DNA of 37,683 bases. It comes from an uncultured bacterium. GTDB lineage: Bacteria; SAR324; NAC60-12. Position 1 is the stretch's first letter, and every line of letters begins with the position of its first letter. Under the pieces are notes generated by a model. That model made no database searches. It was not told the DNA's origin and saw nothing but the letters and a program-made list of their open reading frames with translations. This document shows positions 28,184-37,683 of this stretch, in pieces. The translations under genes and the position numbers were made by a program. The stretch spans positions 1-37,683 of the forward strand of contig CBFIJD010000025.1 of the NCBI GenBank assembly GCA_965662845.1, written 5' to 3'.

Positions 28184-28783
28184 TTATGATTTTTCTGCCA
28201 CACGCACCATTGCGGGGCGAACCACGCGGTCGTGCAGATAATAACCGACTTGATAGACATCCAGCACATGGTTCTCAGGAACCTCATCTGTTTGGACCAT
28301 TCCGACTGCCTGATGACAATGTGGATCGAACAGCTCGCCTTTGGCTTCGATGCGGGTCACGCCGAACTTGCTCATTGCCTCTGTGAGCATTTTGTGAACC
28401 ATCTGAATGCCTTCCAGCATGGCTTCTGAGGGAGTCTCTTCTTGTTGTTGGGCATGCTCTAGGGCCCGCTCCAAACTGTCGATGCCGGGCAACAACTCAC
28501 GGATGAAGTCCATGTGGTTGTATTTCAGGCGATCGGCGTTTTCTTTGGCCATGCGCTTGCGCACATTGTCCATCTCGGCGTTCATGCGCAGTATCTTGTC
28601 TTTCAATTCCCCAATTTCAGCTTCGGCCTTCGCGCGATCGGCGTCCATCTCTTCCTCGTCAGCAGAGGGGGTGGCCGCGCTCTCTTCGTCAGGAGCTTCT
28701 GCGATCGGCTCTTCAGCTTCTGTTTCTTCGGGCACAACGGGTTCGTCAGTCGCGTGTTGCGGTTCTGCCTGCGGTTCAGTCAT
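28184..28783 (-). CDS. grpE: Nucleotide exchange factor GrpE
   Basis: AEMDNVRKR, FDPHCHQAV, GYYLHDRVVRPAMVRV; located between hrcA and dnaK. Confidence 0.96.
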   Translation of the reverse strand: MTEPQAEPQHATDEPVVPEETEAEEPIAEAPDEESAATPSADEEEMDADRAKAEAEIGELKDKILRMNAEMDNVRKRMAKENADRLKYNHMDFIRELLPGIDSLERALEHAQQQEETPSEAMLEGIQMVHKMLTEAMSKFGVTRIEAKGELFDPHCHQAVGMVQTDEVPENHVLDVYQVGYYLHDRVVRPAMVRVAEKS

Positions 28784-28790
28784 GCTTGCT

Positions 28791-29867
28791 TCACTCGTAA
28801 GAAGATTGTTTGGTAATTGCGTCGGAGAGGACCCGAGCGGTGTAATCCACGACAGGGATCACAGTTTGATAATCCATGTTGGTGGGGCCGATCACGCCGA
28901 TGGAGCCGAGGACGTTGTTGTCTACGCTATAGTGCGCGGTGACCATCGTATAATCTTGTAAGCTCCTCAGCTCGTTCTCGACCCCGATGTAAATCTGCAC
29001 ACCTTCCGCTTCTAGCGTCGAATCGAGCAGGTCGACGATGATGGACTTGTGATCGAAGGTGTCCATCAGCTCGCGCGCGCTGTCGATGCCGTGAAAGCGG
29101 TTGCTGAGGAAGATGTTGTGCTGTCCTTCAATATAGATGTCAGGCTGCTCTTCCGTCTCAAACGCCTTCTTTCCGAGGCGCACCGCTTGAGCGAGCAAGC
29201 GGTCGTAGCGCTCTTTGTCCTCGACCATACTCTCCAAAATTTGCTGCCGAATCTCGTGCACTGTGCGGTTGTGGAACTGGTCGTTCAAGAAGGTGGCGAC
29301 CGTGTTCAAGAACTCCTGCGAGAGGTCTTCGCTAGAGGGGATGATCTTGTTGCGGACTTGCCCTGATTTTGTGATCAACACCACGAGGACTTGCTGAGAA
29401 CTCAGCCGAATGAACTCAATGCGACGGAGGATACTGCTCTCGGCCCGAGGGGACGTCACTAGACAGACAAATTGCGTCAGGCCGGCCAGCAGGCGCGTTG
29501 TGTTGACCAACAAATTTTCCACTTGCGCGGCTCCCCCTTCGCGCGCAACCTCTTGGATGCGCCGCTGCATCTGCGCCGTGATCTGGTTCGCGACGACAAC
29601 GCGGTCTACATAAAAGCGGAAGGCCTTGTCGGTCGGAATACGACCTGCCGAGGTGTGCGTTTGCATCAGAAAACCCATGTCAGACAGATCCGACATGATG
29701 TTGCGGATCGTCGCCGGCGACAAGCCGATGTCGAGCACCTTGGAGAGCGAGCGAGATCCAACAGGCTCGTTGCTGTTGATGTAGCTATCGATGATTCCCC
29801 GCAACACCATCTGGGTGCGGTCATCAAAGTTGGGTTCGGAACTGGTTGGCTTTGGAGTCCTAGGCAT
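28791..29867 (-). CDS. hrcA: Heat-inducible repressor HrcA
   Basis: EPVGSR, SPATIRNIMSDL, HTSAGRIPTDK, GVIGPTNMDY. Confidence 0.97.
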   Translation of the reverse strand: MPRTPKPTSSEPNFDDRTQMVLRGIIDSYINSNEPVGSRSLSKVLDIGLSPATIRNIMSDLSDMGFLMQTHTSAGRIPTDKAFRFYVDRVVVANQITAQMQRRIQEVAREGGAAQVENLLVNTTRLLAGLTQFVCLVTSPRAESSILRRIEFIRLSSQQVLVVLITKSGQVRNKIIPSSEDLSQEFLNTVATFLNDQFHNRTVHEIRQQILESMVEDKERYDRLLAQAVRLGKKAFETEEQPDIYIEGQHNIFLSNRFHGIDSARELMDTFDHKSIIVDLLDSTLEAEGVQIYIGVENELRSLQDYTMVTAHYSVDNNVLGSIGVIGPTNMDYQTVIPVVDYTARVLSDAITKQSSYE

Positions 29868-29888
29868 GTTCACACCGCTAAAGGCTTA

Positions 29889-29915
29889 TTAGCACTCGCT
29901 AGATGATAGTGCTAA
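29889..29915. promoter_or_regulatory. CIRCE operator
   Basis: TTAGCACTC-N9-TAGTGCTAA, one mismatch to TTAGCACTC-N9-GAGTGCTAA; minus-strand TTGACT -35 at 29939-29944. Confidence 0.93.
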
Positions 29916-30006
29916 TAGGTAACATTCGAGTCATGTGAAGTCAAGGGAAATGACAGACCCCTGTCGGCCTCTGCTACAGCCTAGCGAGCCCCGTTTCAGG
30001 TCGGAG

Positions 30007-31260
30007 TCAGTCCAACCCCAGCTCTGCTCGGAAGGCTTGAGGATCATCCAGTTTGCGTTCGAGGCGCCGACAAAACTGCGGGAAAGAGATTCGGTGACTA
30101 CTCATCACTTGCAGATCTTGGCTAGCAAAGCGCATCACGTCAACGCCCTGCTCTGCGAGCCACCCCAGCCACGTGTTGTAATCTTGATAGATGTCATCTG
30201 GAGGCAACAAAAAGCCCTCAGGCGCGCTGCTCTCGGCGAGCAGCTCCTGCAGATCGGGCTCTGCATCCTCATTCTCGGCGGTCACATCGGGAGTCAGCCC
30301 GGGCATTTCGACTTCAGGAGGCGCGGGCACAATGCCATCACGGTAGTGCAGCCGGAATTGTTCTAAGTAGCTGTGCAGTTGGGCTTGATCGCGCACGCGC
30401 CGCTCCATGCGATGACCAAATTGCCGAAATGAGATGGGGCGGTTGCTCGTCACGCGCAGGTCTTCGTCCGCTAAATCCTGCAAATTGAGACCAATCGCGA
30501 AGAGGTGATCGCACCAGTGATTGATGCTCAGGTAGGCTTCGTCCAGCGCGACTGGCTGCGCGACTGGCTGCGTGACCGGCTCATCGTCAAAGCTTTCGGG
30601 CACAAACTCTTTGGGGCGTTCGGGTTGCTGCATCAGGCGCAGCTCTTTCTCCATGACCTGGGCGGCCACAGCTGGGGGAGCCGCCGCGCCTGGAGGACGT
30701 GTGGGCTGACGCAGCGGTGGGCGGGGCTCTTCTTGTGGAAGCGGGGGGCGAGAGGGCTGAAACGATTGACGCGGTGGGGCGCTGGGAGCCGCCCCGCCTC
30801 CTGAGAAGTTGCGCTGCTGTGCTTCTAGCTGCTCCATGCGAGTGCGCAATCGGTCGACCTCTTCAGCCAGACGCAACATCGCCTGCTGTGTTCCCGCGAG
30901 GTCCGCTTCGGTCACATACTGCACATCTGGATCTGCCTGCACTGGCGCCTTGGGGGAAGACGCGGGCGCGTTCTCGGCAAACAGCGCTTGTGGAATGACC
31001 ACTAGCTGGTGGGACTGCAGCCAGCCGGGAGTCGAGAACTTGGTTTGCCAGTCGTTGTGGCGTGCGAGCGCGGACTCACAATAGAGCACAAAGCGCTGAA
31101 AGTTCAGCTGCTCGACTGGAGACACTTTTTCAGGGCGAGGGAGCTGGATGGGGCAGCCCACCGTCTGTAACCACTCCATCCATTGTTGCCACGTCTTGCG
31201 GCTCTCCTGCCGTCGCAAATGCTCAAGCAGGCGCTTTTCCAGCATGTCCAAAAGTTTCAT
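30007..31260 (-). CDS. Hypothetical protein with three copies of a ~55-60 aa domain, coiled coil and Pro-rich linker
   Basis: 417 aa ORF; ATGA overlap with the upstream kinase; internal repeats visible by eye. Confidence 0.82.
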   Translation of the reverse strand: MKLLDMLEKRLLEHLRRQESRKTWQQWMEWLQTVGCPIQLPRPEKVSPVEQLNFQRFVLYCESALARHNDWQTKFSTPGWLQSHQLVVIPQALFAENAPASSPKAPVQADPDVQYVTEADLAGTQQAMLRLAEEVDRLRTRMEQLEAQQRNFSGGGAAPSAPPRQSFQPSRPPLPQEEPRPPLRQPTRPPGAAAPPAVAAQVMEKELRLMQQPERPKEFVPESFDDEPVTQPVAQPVALDEAYLSINHWCDHLFAIGLNLQDLADEDLRVTSNRPISFRQFGHRMERRVRDQAQLHSYLEQFRLHYRDGIVPAPPEVEMPGLTPDVTAENEDAEPDLQELLAESSAPEGFLLPPDDIYQDYNTWLGWLAEQGVDVMRFASQDLQVMSSHRISFPQFCRRLERKLDDPQAFRAELGLD

Positions 31261-32735
31261 GGTTTGCGGGAGGCTTCCATCATGAGGTAAAGCGCGAGCT
31301 CCTGCAGGTTCACGCGCACTTTGTATTGTTGCAATAGACCGCCGATGGAGATCAATACGCGGCCCATCAGCACAAAATTATCTGGGATTTGGACTTCTGC
31401 GCGACGCATGATGCGAATGTGCGTCTCCATCTGGCTCAGGCCCTCAAACTCTTTGGGGTCACGCTCGAAGAGCAGACGCAGCAGCAGAGGGCCATCTGGG
31501 ACGGTAAAACCGGCTTCGCGCAGCAGCTCGTCAAAGCCTTGGGCTTCTTTGCTGAACAAGGCAACCAGAATTTTTTGGTATGCGGCGCACTCTTTTTCCG
31601 AGAGTTGGCCGACCGCGCCGAAGTCAAGGAGCGCGAGCTTTCCTTTGGGTGTGACGAAGAAATTGCCTGGGTGCGGGTCTGCATGGAAGAGGCCGCTCAC
31701 AAAAATCTGCTTGACAAAGCTGCGGACGAGTGTCTGCAAGACGGGTTCCGCTGCCTGCGGAACGTCAGCTAAAAATTGTCGCAGCGGTTGTCCTTCCACA
31801 AAAACCATCCCGAGCGTGCGCTCTTGCAACAAGTCAGGAAGCAGCGCTGGGAAGGTCCACTCTTCCGCTTGGTAACGCGCAGAAAACTTCGTGAGGTGTT
31901 CGGCTTCTTGAAAATAGTCCAACTCGCGGCGAATGCTGAGGCTCAGCTCACGGACGGTCTGTTCCACGTCCAGCCCCTCGGCCCAATGTTGCAGCAGCGG
32001 CGCGATCCGTTGAAAAAAGAGCAGATCCGCGTCGATGCGCTCTGCGGCCTCAGGCAGTTGGACTTTCAGCGCGATGTCGGTTCCCGAGCGTGTGCGTCCG
32101 CGATGCACCTGAGCAATCGAAGCTGTGGCGACCGGCGTGGGGTCAATGTGCTCAAAGCGGAGCGCCCAGTCGGGGCCGTAGCTCAGCGCGAGTTGTTCTT
32201 CTATGCGCTCCCACTCACAAGGTGGCGCCTGATCTTGCAACTCGGCCAATTGCTCCGCGTAGGCGCTGGGGAGCCAATCGCCCTGACAACTCAGGAACTG
32301 CGCGGCTTTCACCCACGCGCCTCCTTGGCGACGGCAGAGATCTGCCAGCTCCGACGCGTTCCGCTGGTGCAGCTCGGCTTCTTTTTGTGTCGCGGCGTCT
32401 GCGTCGAGGTTGGGCTTCTTCAGTTTGCGGAACACATAAGTCCGCACGGCCAATTGCAACAGGGTTTGCCCGGCGTCGAAATAGCGGCTGCCTGTGTCAT
32501 ACCAACCACTGAGTGCGTCCAGCTCATCCCGCAGCTGTGTCGCCTTCTGTAAGATTTCTGGAGTGCCCTGCTGCACGAGTTCTTGCAGCTCGTCTCCCAA
32601 ACCCCGCAAGCGCTTTTGCCATTGTTGAGACCACTGTTGCCAGTCCTGTGGCAGCTCTGTTTCTGCCGACCATTCGCTCACCTTCTGGTTCGCTTTGTCG
32701 AGCCAGCGCTGCGACTCTTTTAGCCAAGAAGCCAT
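31257..32735 (-). CDS. ABC1/AarF/UbiB family atypical kinase
   Basis: VKAAQ, LQDQAPP, ATASIAQVH, ALKVQ, ELDY..EA, HADPHPGN, LLDFG. Confidence 0.93.
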   Translation of the reverse strand: MASWLKESQRWLDKANQKVSEWSAETELPQDWQQWSQQWQKRLRGLGDELQELVQQGTPEILQKATQLRDELDALSGWYDTGSRYFDAGQTLLQLAVRTYVFRKLKKPNLDADAATQKEAELHQRNASELADLCRRQGGAWVKAAQFLSCQGDWLPSAYAEQLAELQDQAPPCEWERIEEQLALSYGPDWALRFEHIDPTPVATASIAQVHRGRTRSGTDIALKVQLPEAAERIDADLLFFQRIAPLLQHWAEGLDVEQTVRELSLSIRRELDYFQEAEHLTKFSARYQAEEWTFPALLPDLLQERTLGMVFVEGQPLRQFLADVPQAAEPVLQTLVRSFVKQIFVSGLFHADPHPGNFFVTPKGKLALLDFGAVGQLSEKECAAYQKILVALFSKEAQGFDELLREAGFTVPDGPLLLRLLFERDPKEFEGLSQMETHIRIMRRAEVQIPDNFVLMGRVLISIGGLLQQYKVRVNLQELALYLMMEASRKP

Positions 32736-32829
32736 GCCAACCTCTGTTAGGGGGAACAAGCGCGCCGAGTTTCGACGCTGATCAGCGATGTAGCAGATTC
32801 AAATTCGCGGGGGAAGAGCCAAGCGGCGC

Positions 32830-35271
32830 TTAGTTGATCGCGTAATTCAGGGTGATGTGGGCCACTTCTCGAAAGTGTGTCACAAAGTGAACGACTAGCC
32901 CGTCCCGCAGATGCTCAGGCAGTTCGTCGTATTGGGCCTGGTTGGCCACGGGAAACAGCAGCGTGTGGATGCCTGCGAGGCGGGCGCCCACCACTTTTTC
33001 ACGAACCCCACCAATCGGCAGCACCTGCCCACTCAGCGTCAACTCTCCTGTCATCGCGATGCTGGCTGGAACCGGACGCTCCAGCGCCAAGGACAGCAAA
33101 CTGGTCGCCATCGCGATCCCTGCGGACGGGCCATCTTTAGGCGTCGCGCCTTCGGGGACGTGCAAGTGAACAGTGTGCTTTTTGAAAAATTGTACCTTCC
33201 CAGGTAGCTCGCGCAACAGCGATTGCACATAGCTGTAAGCAATCGCGGAGGACTCTTTCATGACCTCGCCTAACTGTCCTGTGAGCTTGAACTCACCCGC
33301 AGTGCCGTTGATCAGGATGGACTCAATGGGTAGCGTCGAGCCCCCTGTCGGCGTCCAAGCGAGGCCTCGGACCAACCCGGCCAGCTCTAAGCGCTTGTAA
33401 GAGTCTTCGGGGTAGTCAGGTTGCCCTAAAAATTCTGTCAGGACTGCTGGTGTCAACGTGACGACGTGCGTCTCATCTGCGGCGACCTTCATCGCCATCT
33501 TGCGGGTGATGGTGCGCAGCTTCTTCTCCAGATTGCGGACCCCGACCTCCCGTGCGTATTCGACGGTCAGCCGGCGCAGCGTCTCTCGCGGAATCTGCAA
33601 GTGCTCGTTGGTCAGGCCATGATCCGGTAAAATTTTAGGGATCAGGTACTGTTCGGCGATCTGGAGCTTTTCTTCGATCACATAGCCGGCCAACCGTAAG
33701 GTCTCCATGCGGTCACGCAGCACATCGGGGATGGTGTCCACGGTGTTGGCGGTCGCGATAAAGAGCACCTGTGAGAGGTCAAAACGCAGGTCTAGGTAGT
33801 GATCCAAAAACTCCTTGTTTTGCTCAGGGTCTAACACTTCGAGCAACACCGAGTAAGGGTCTCCGCGAAAGCTGCGCCCCGCTTTGTCGAGCTCGTCGAG
33901 CATGATGACTGGGTTCATCGTTTTGGTGGTGCGCAGCGCCTGAATCAAGCGCCCAGGCATCGCGCCGATGTATGTTCTACGGTGCCCCTTGAGTTCATTC
34001 TCATCACTGAGGCCACCGACCGAAAAACGATAAAACTCGCGCCCCAAGGCTTTGGCAATGGAGCGTCCGAGGGAAGTTTTTCCGACGCCGGGAGGCCCGA
34101 CTAAGCAAAGGATTCCACCTTTCATGCGGCCCTTGAGCTTGCTCACCGCGATGAACTCCAAGATGCGCTTCTTCACGTCGTCGAGCCCGTAGTGGTCTTC
34201 ATCAAGGATCGCCTTCGCCTGCGTTAAGTCGAGCTTGTCTTCTGAGGTGATGTTCCAAGGCAGCGCCGCGATGGTCTCTAGGTATTGATGCACAATCTGC
34301 GATTCTGGTGACGATTCGTCCATAAACTCGTAGCGTCGCAGCTCTTGCTCCACGCGCTCTTCAGCCTCTTCGGTCATCTCCAGCAGCTCAAAACGCTCGC
34401 GGAAGCGCTCCAATTCTACTTGTTTGCGGTCTTGCTCGAGCCCCAGCTCCATTTTGATCTCCTTGAGCTGCTCGCGCAGGAAGAACTCGCGCTGATGCTT
34501 AGAGAGCCGCTCGTCAATCTTCTGGCTGATCTTCTCTTTGAGCAAGCTCAGGTCATATTCTTCGCGCAGCAGCAACAGCGTCTGCTCCATGCGTCGTCCC
34601 AGCTCTTGGGTCTCCAGAATTTTTTGCAATGAGCGGCTCTTCGCGTTGGTCATAGACGCGGCGAGGTCGGTCAGGGTGATGGGCTCATCTAGGTTCACCT
34701 GCGACAGCAAGTGGTGCATCTCTTGGGAGAAGGTGGGGTTGTGTGGGATCAGCTCTTTCAGGGTGGAGACAATGGCCGCGGCCGAAGCGCGCAGCTCCTC
34801 GGTCATGTCTGGCGCGACTTCCTCGATGTACTCTACGTCGGCTGTGTAGTTTTTGCCGTCTCGGAAGAAGCGCTTGACGCGGAAGCGCTTGAGGGTGCTG
34901 AGCATGAACTGACAGCTCTCGTCTGGAAGCTCGACCCAGTGCAAGACATAGGCGACGGTGCCTGTGCGATAGAGCTGCGAGGAGCTGCGGATGCTGCGTT
35001 GATCGCCTTCTTCCAGCGACTCATCGGGTTTGGCGAGGAGCAGACCAATGATTTTTTCTTCGCGGATGTGTTCTCGAATCCAGCGGCTGACACGGCTGTC
35101 GGCGCCGACCATCGTGAGAATGCCAGGGAAAATCGGGCGCTGATAGACAGGGAAGATCGGGATGCGATTGGGCAGGTCCGCGACGGTGATGACGGTACCT
35201 TCAGAATCCACGAGCAGGATGCGATCTTTTTTAGCAGCCGGCTCAAGCGCAGTTGTTTTTTTGCGAGCCAT
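32830..35271 (-). CDS. lon: Lon protease
   Basis: GPPGVGKT, IMLDELDK, PKDGPSAG, GGVREK. Confidence 0.97.
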   Translation of the reverse strand: MARKKTTALEPAAKKDRILLVDSEGTVITVADLPNRIPIFPVYQRPIFPGILTMVGADSRVSRWIREHIREEKIIGLLLAKPDESLEEGDQRSIRSSSQLYRTGTVAYVLHWVELPDESCQFMLSTLKRFRVKRFFRDGKNYTADVEYIEEVAPDMTEELRASAAAIVSTLKELIPHNPTFSQEMHHLLSQVNLDEPITLTDLAASMTNAKSRSLQKILETQELGRRMEQTLLLLREEYDLSLLKEKISQKIDERLSKHQREFFLREQLKEIKMELGLEQDRKQVELERFRERFELLEMTEEAEERVEQELRRYEFMDESSPESQIVHQYLETIAALPWNITSEDKLDLTQAKAILDEDHYGLDDVKKRILEFIAVSKLKGRMKGGILCLVGPPGVGKTSLGRSIAKALGREFYRFSVGGLSDENELKGHRRTYIGAMPGRLIQALRTTKTMNPVIMLDELDKAGRSFRGDPYSVLLEVLDPEQNKEFLDHYLDLRFDLSQVLFIATANTVDTIPDVLRDRMETLRLAGYVIEEKLQIAEQYLIPKILPDHGLTNEHLQIPRETLRRLTVEYAREVGVRNLEKKLRTITRKMAMKVAADETHVVTLTPAVLTEFLGQPDYPEDSYKRLELAGLVRGLAWTPTGGSTLPIESILINGTAGEFKLTGQLGEVMKESSAIAYSYVQSLLRELPGKVQFFKKHTVHLHVPEGATPKDGPSAGIAMATSLLSLALERPVPASIAMTGELTLSGQVLPIGGVREKVVGARLAGIHTLLFPVANQAQYDELPEHLRDGLVVHFVTHFREVAHITLNYAIN

Positions 35272-35354
35272 AAGTGGGAGTCACATAGGAAAAGAGAGCG
35301 GCGGACCCGCCAACGCGGGCCAACACCGTGAGAAATAGGATGAATAGAGGCAGG

Positions 35355-37238
35355 TCAGGAGTGAAGCTGATGGGCCGCAGCGGCTTCCATGAAGCGGTAG
35401 AGGTCGGGCAGCATTTCGGTCGGGTTTTCGAGCAAGCCTTCTACCAACATCGCGCTGCGATAGAGCTGCTCAACGCTTTGCTGCAGGAACTCTGACTCAG
35501 CGTCACGCTCCGCCAGCTCGGCCAAGTGCTTGAGGATGGGGTGTTTGAGGTTCACTTCCAGCGTGCGCTTAGCGCCTTGGAAGTCTTGGTTGACCATCTT
35601 CATCATCTTCTCCATGTGCGCGCTCATACCTTCTTGGGAATTGACCAAGGAGCACGGGCTGCCTACCAGCCGCTTAGAGGCGATCACGTCTTCCACCCGC
35701 TCGCCAAGCTGGCTTTTGATCTTTCCAAGCAAGGTCTCTTTTTGAGCTGGAGAGAGCGTGTCAGCTTCGTCGTCGTCGCCCTCGTTGGGCATCTCAATGT
35801 CAGCTTGCGAGATACTCTTCAGCGGCTTGCCTTCGTATTCGCGTAAGTCGGACATTAAGAAATCGTCGATGTGGTCAAAGAGGAAGAGCACCTCGAGGCC
35901 TTGCTTGCGGAAGTATTCCAGATTGGGGTGGTGGACGACGGCTTCGCGAGACGGCCCGACGACGTAGTAGATCTCTGCTTGCTCGTCGCGCATGCGGCTG
36001 ACGTAGTCTTTCAGAGACACGTCGGCGGCGGAGCCTTCGCTGACGGTGGAGTGGAAGCGGAGCAGCTCCACCAGCTTGTTTTTGTTGCCATAGTCGGAGG
36101 TGACTCCTTCTTTGAGCAGCACGCCAAATTCGTCCCAGAACTGCTGGTAGACCGTGACGTTTTGGTCTGCGAGGTTTTGCAACTCTTTGAGCAAGCGCGT
36201 GGTCAAACTCTTCTTGATCCGTTCGATCAAGGCGTTGTGCTGGACGCTCTCTCGCGAGACGTTGAGGGGCAGGTCTTCAGAGTCTACGACGCCTTGCACA
36301 AACCGAAAGTACGGCGGCAGGAGCTGCTTGTGCTCTGGCTGAATCAGCACTTTTTGCGCATACAGCGCGAGGCCCTTACCTTCTCGGGAATACAGCACCT
36401 CGTTAGACGCTTTCTGCGGAAAGTAGAGCAGCGCGTAATACTGGATCGGTGCGTCAATGGAGAGGTGCAAGTGCTGAAGCGGCGCTTGGTAGTCATGGCT
36501 GAGCTGCTTGTAAAACTCGTGGTACTCCTCCTGTGTGATCTCATCGCGAGACCGCGTCCAAATGGCGGTGACTTGGTTGATGGTCTCGTCCTTGATTTTG
36601 ACGGGGTGCGGCACGTAGTTGGAGTACTTCTTGACGATGGACTTGAGGCGATATTCGTTGCAGAACTCGTGGGCTTCTTCCTTGAGATGAATCTTGATGC
36701 TGGTCCCGCGAGTGCTCTTCTCTGCCGGTTCGACTTCATATTGGCCGCTGCCTTCGGAGCGCCAGGTCCATGCCGACTCAGTGGCTTTCCACGAGCGCGT
36801 GGTCAGCTCTACTTTCTGGGCGACCATGAAGACGGCGTAAAATCCGACCCCGAACTGGCCGATCAGATTTTGCACGCTTTGTTGCGACTGCTGCGCTTCG
36901 CGCAAGAACTTGAGCGTGCCGGAGCTGGCGATGGTGCCGAGGTTGTTGATCAAGTCGTCATGCGTCATCCCGCAGCCGGTGTCTTCAACGGTGATGGTCT
37001 TGGCTGCTTCGTCAAAGGAGAGGGTGACTTCGAGCGGAGCGTCTTTGTCTAGCATTTCGCTTTCTGTGAGCGACAAGAACTGAACCTTGCTGAGCGCGTC
37101 GGATGCGTTGGAAACAAGCTCGCGCAGGAAGATTTCCCGCTCGGTGTAGAGAGAATGCACCAGAATGTCGAGGAGCTTCTGCATCTCCGCCTGGTAGGCA
37201 TGTACTTCTGCACGGGACTGGGTGTCTTCAGGGCTCAC
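35355..37238 (-). CDS. htpG: Chaperone HtpG (Hsp90)
   Basis: IFLRELVSNASDA, LGTIASSG, IGQFGVGFY, DLPLNVSRE. Confidence 0.98.
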   Translation of the reverse strand: MSPEDTQSRAEVHAYQAEMQKLLDILVHSLYTEREIFLRELVSNASDALSKVQFLSLTESEMLDKDAPLEVTLSFDEAAKTITVEDTGCGMTHDDLINNLGTIASSGTLKFLREAQQSQQSVQNLIGQFGVGFYAVFMVAQKVELTTRSWKATESAWTWRSEGSGQYEVEPAEKSTRGTSIKIHLKEEAHEFCNEYRLKSIVKKYSNYVPHPVKIKDETINQVTAIWTRSRDEITQEEYHEFYKQLSHDYQAPLQHLHLSIDAPIQYYALLYFPQKASNEVLYSREGKGLALYAQKVLIQPEHKQLLPPYFRFVQGVVDSEDLPLNVSRESVQHNALIERIKKSLTTRLLKELQNLADQNVTVYQQFWDEFGVLLKEGVTSDYGNKNKLVELLRFHSTVSEGSAADVSLKDYVSRMRDEQAEIYYVVGPSREAVVHHPNLEYFRKQGLEVLFLFDHIDDFLMSDLREYEGKPLKSISQADIEMPNEGDDDEADTLSPAQKETLLGKIKSQLGERVEDVIASKRLVGSPCSLVNSQEGMSAHMEKMMKMVNQDFQGAKRTLEVNLKHPILKHLAELAERDAESEFLQQSVEQLYRSAMLVEGLLENPTEMLPDLYRFMEAAAAHQLHS

Positions 37239-37482
37239 TGGGCCTCCTTGCTGTAATGGTCAAGTGTTGAAGGGATTTTCGCGAAAGCGAAAAGGCGAGA
37301 AAACTTTTGAAGATAACAAAGTATGGCAAAAAGCGGAAGAATAGATTTTTCAAACTGAACACCGCTCCTTCGGTTGTTGAGGGGGCGGTCGTCGCGTCAG
37401 CGTTTTCACGGGAACTTGGAACTGTTATTGCTGCGCCGAAGCATTCACAGATCTCTTTGCTCACCCTCCTCAACGCCATCTC

Positions 37483-37683
37483 ATGAACGCCTCTCGTAAG
37501 AGCATTTGGGGCTGGGCCATGTATGACTGGGCCAACTCCGTATTTGCGACCACAGTCATTGCGGGATTTTTCCCGATTTTTTTCAAACAGTACTGGAGCG
37601 CTGGGGCTGACGCCAACCTGAGCACCGCTCAACTTGGGCTCGCCAACTCTCTCGCGAGCCTGTTCATCGCCCTCCTCGCCCCG
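37483..37683 (+). CDS. MFS transporter (UMF1/YxiO-like), truncated at window end
   Basis: MNASRKSIWGWAMYDWANSVFATTVIAGFFPIFF...; open to the edge and absent from the ORF track. Confidence 0.88.
   Translation, partial: MNASRKSIWGWAMYDWANSVFATTVIAGFFPIFFKQYWSAGADANLSTAQLGLANSLASLFIALLAP

Noticed and set aside
35871..37052. 393-aa plus-strand ORF opposite htpG
   Set aside because: Codon-aligned antisense shadow with no independent motif.
37239..37482. CIRCE or sigma32 promoter upstream of htpG
   Set aside because: No TTAGCACTC repeat; the minus-strand TTGAAA...CCATA candidates are spaced too far apart for sigma32.

Overview
Bacterial chromosomal window with deltaproteobacterial-like proteins (SAR324-like lineage is only my impression). 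Bases 1-3,930 are a decaying accessory island. It contains a 7-mer tandem array, three intact type II toxin-antitoxin pairs (YefM-YoeB, RHH-PIN, Phd-RelE/ParE-like), a degraded vapBC, two copies of an Rpn/YhgA 3' fragment and an IS630 remnant. One Rpn copy keeps an intact internal RBS+ATG ORF resembling a stand-alone RpnS antitoxin. The rest looks like core genome: a small lipoprotein, a membrane-anchored hypothetical, a lipoprotein-HAD-REC/PAS/LuxR-agmatine deiminase operon, prfB (+1 frameshift at an atypical CTT TGA G), yajQ, rpsA, glutathione peroxidase, dienelactone hydrolase and a TetR-TolC-MFP-RND efflux locus. A ~15 kb minus-strand stress cluster follows: htpG-lon-ABC1/UbiB kinase-triple-repeat hypothetical-[CIRCE]-hrcA-grpE-dnaK-dnaJ-rraA-large outer-membrane hypothetical. 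A truncated MFS gene starts at the right edge. I saw no rRNA, tRNA or CRISPR array. The best candidates for something undescribed are the kinase plus triple-repeat protein pair and the orphan RpnS-like ORF in the TA island.
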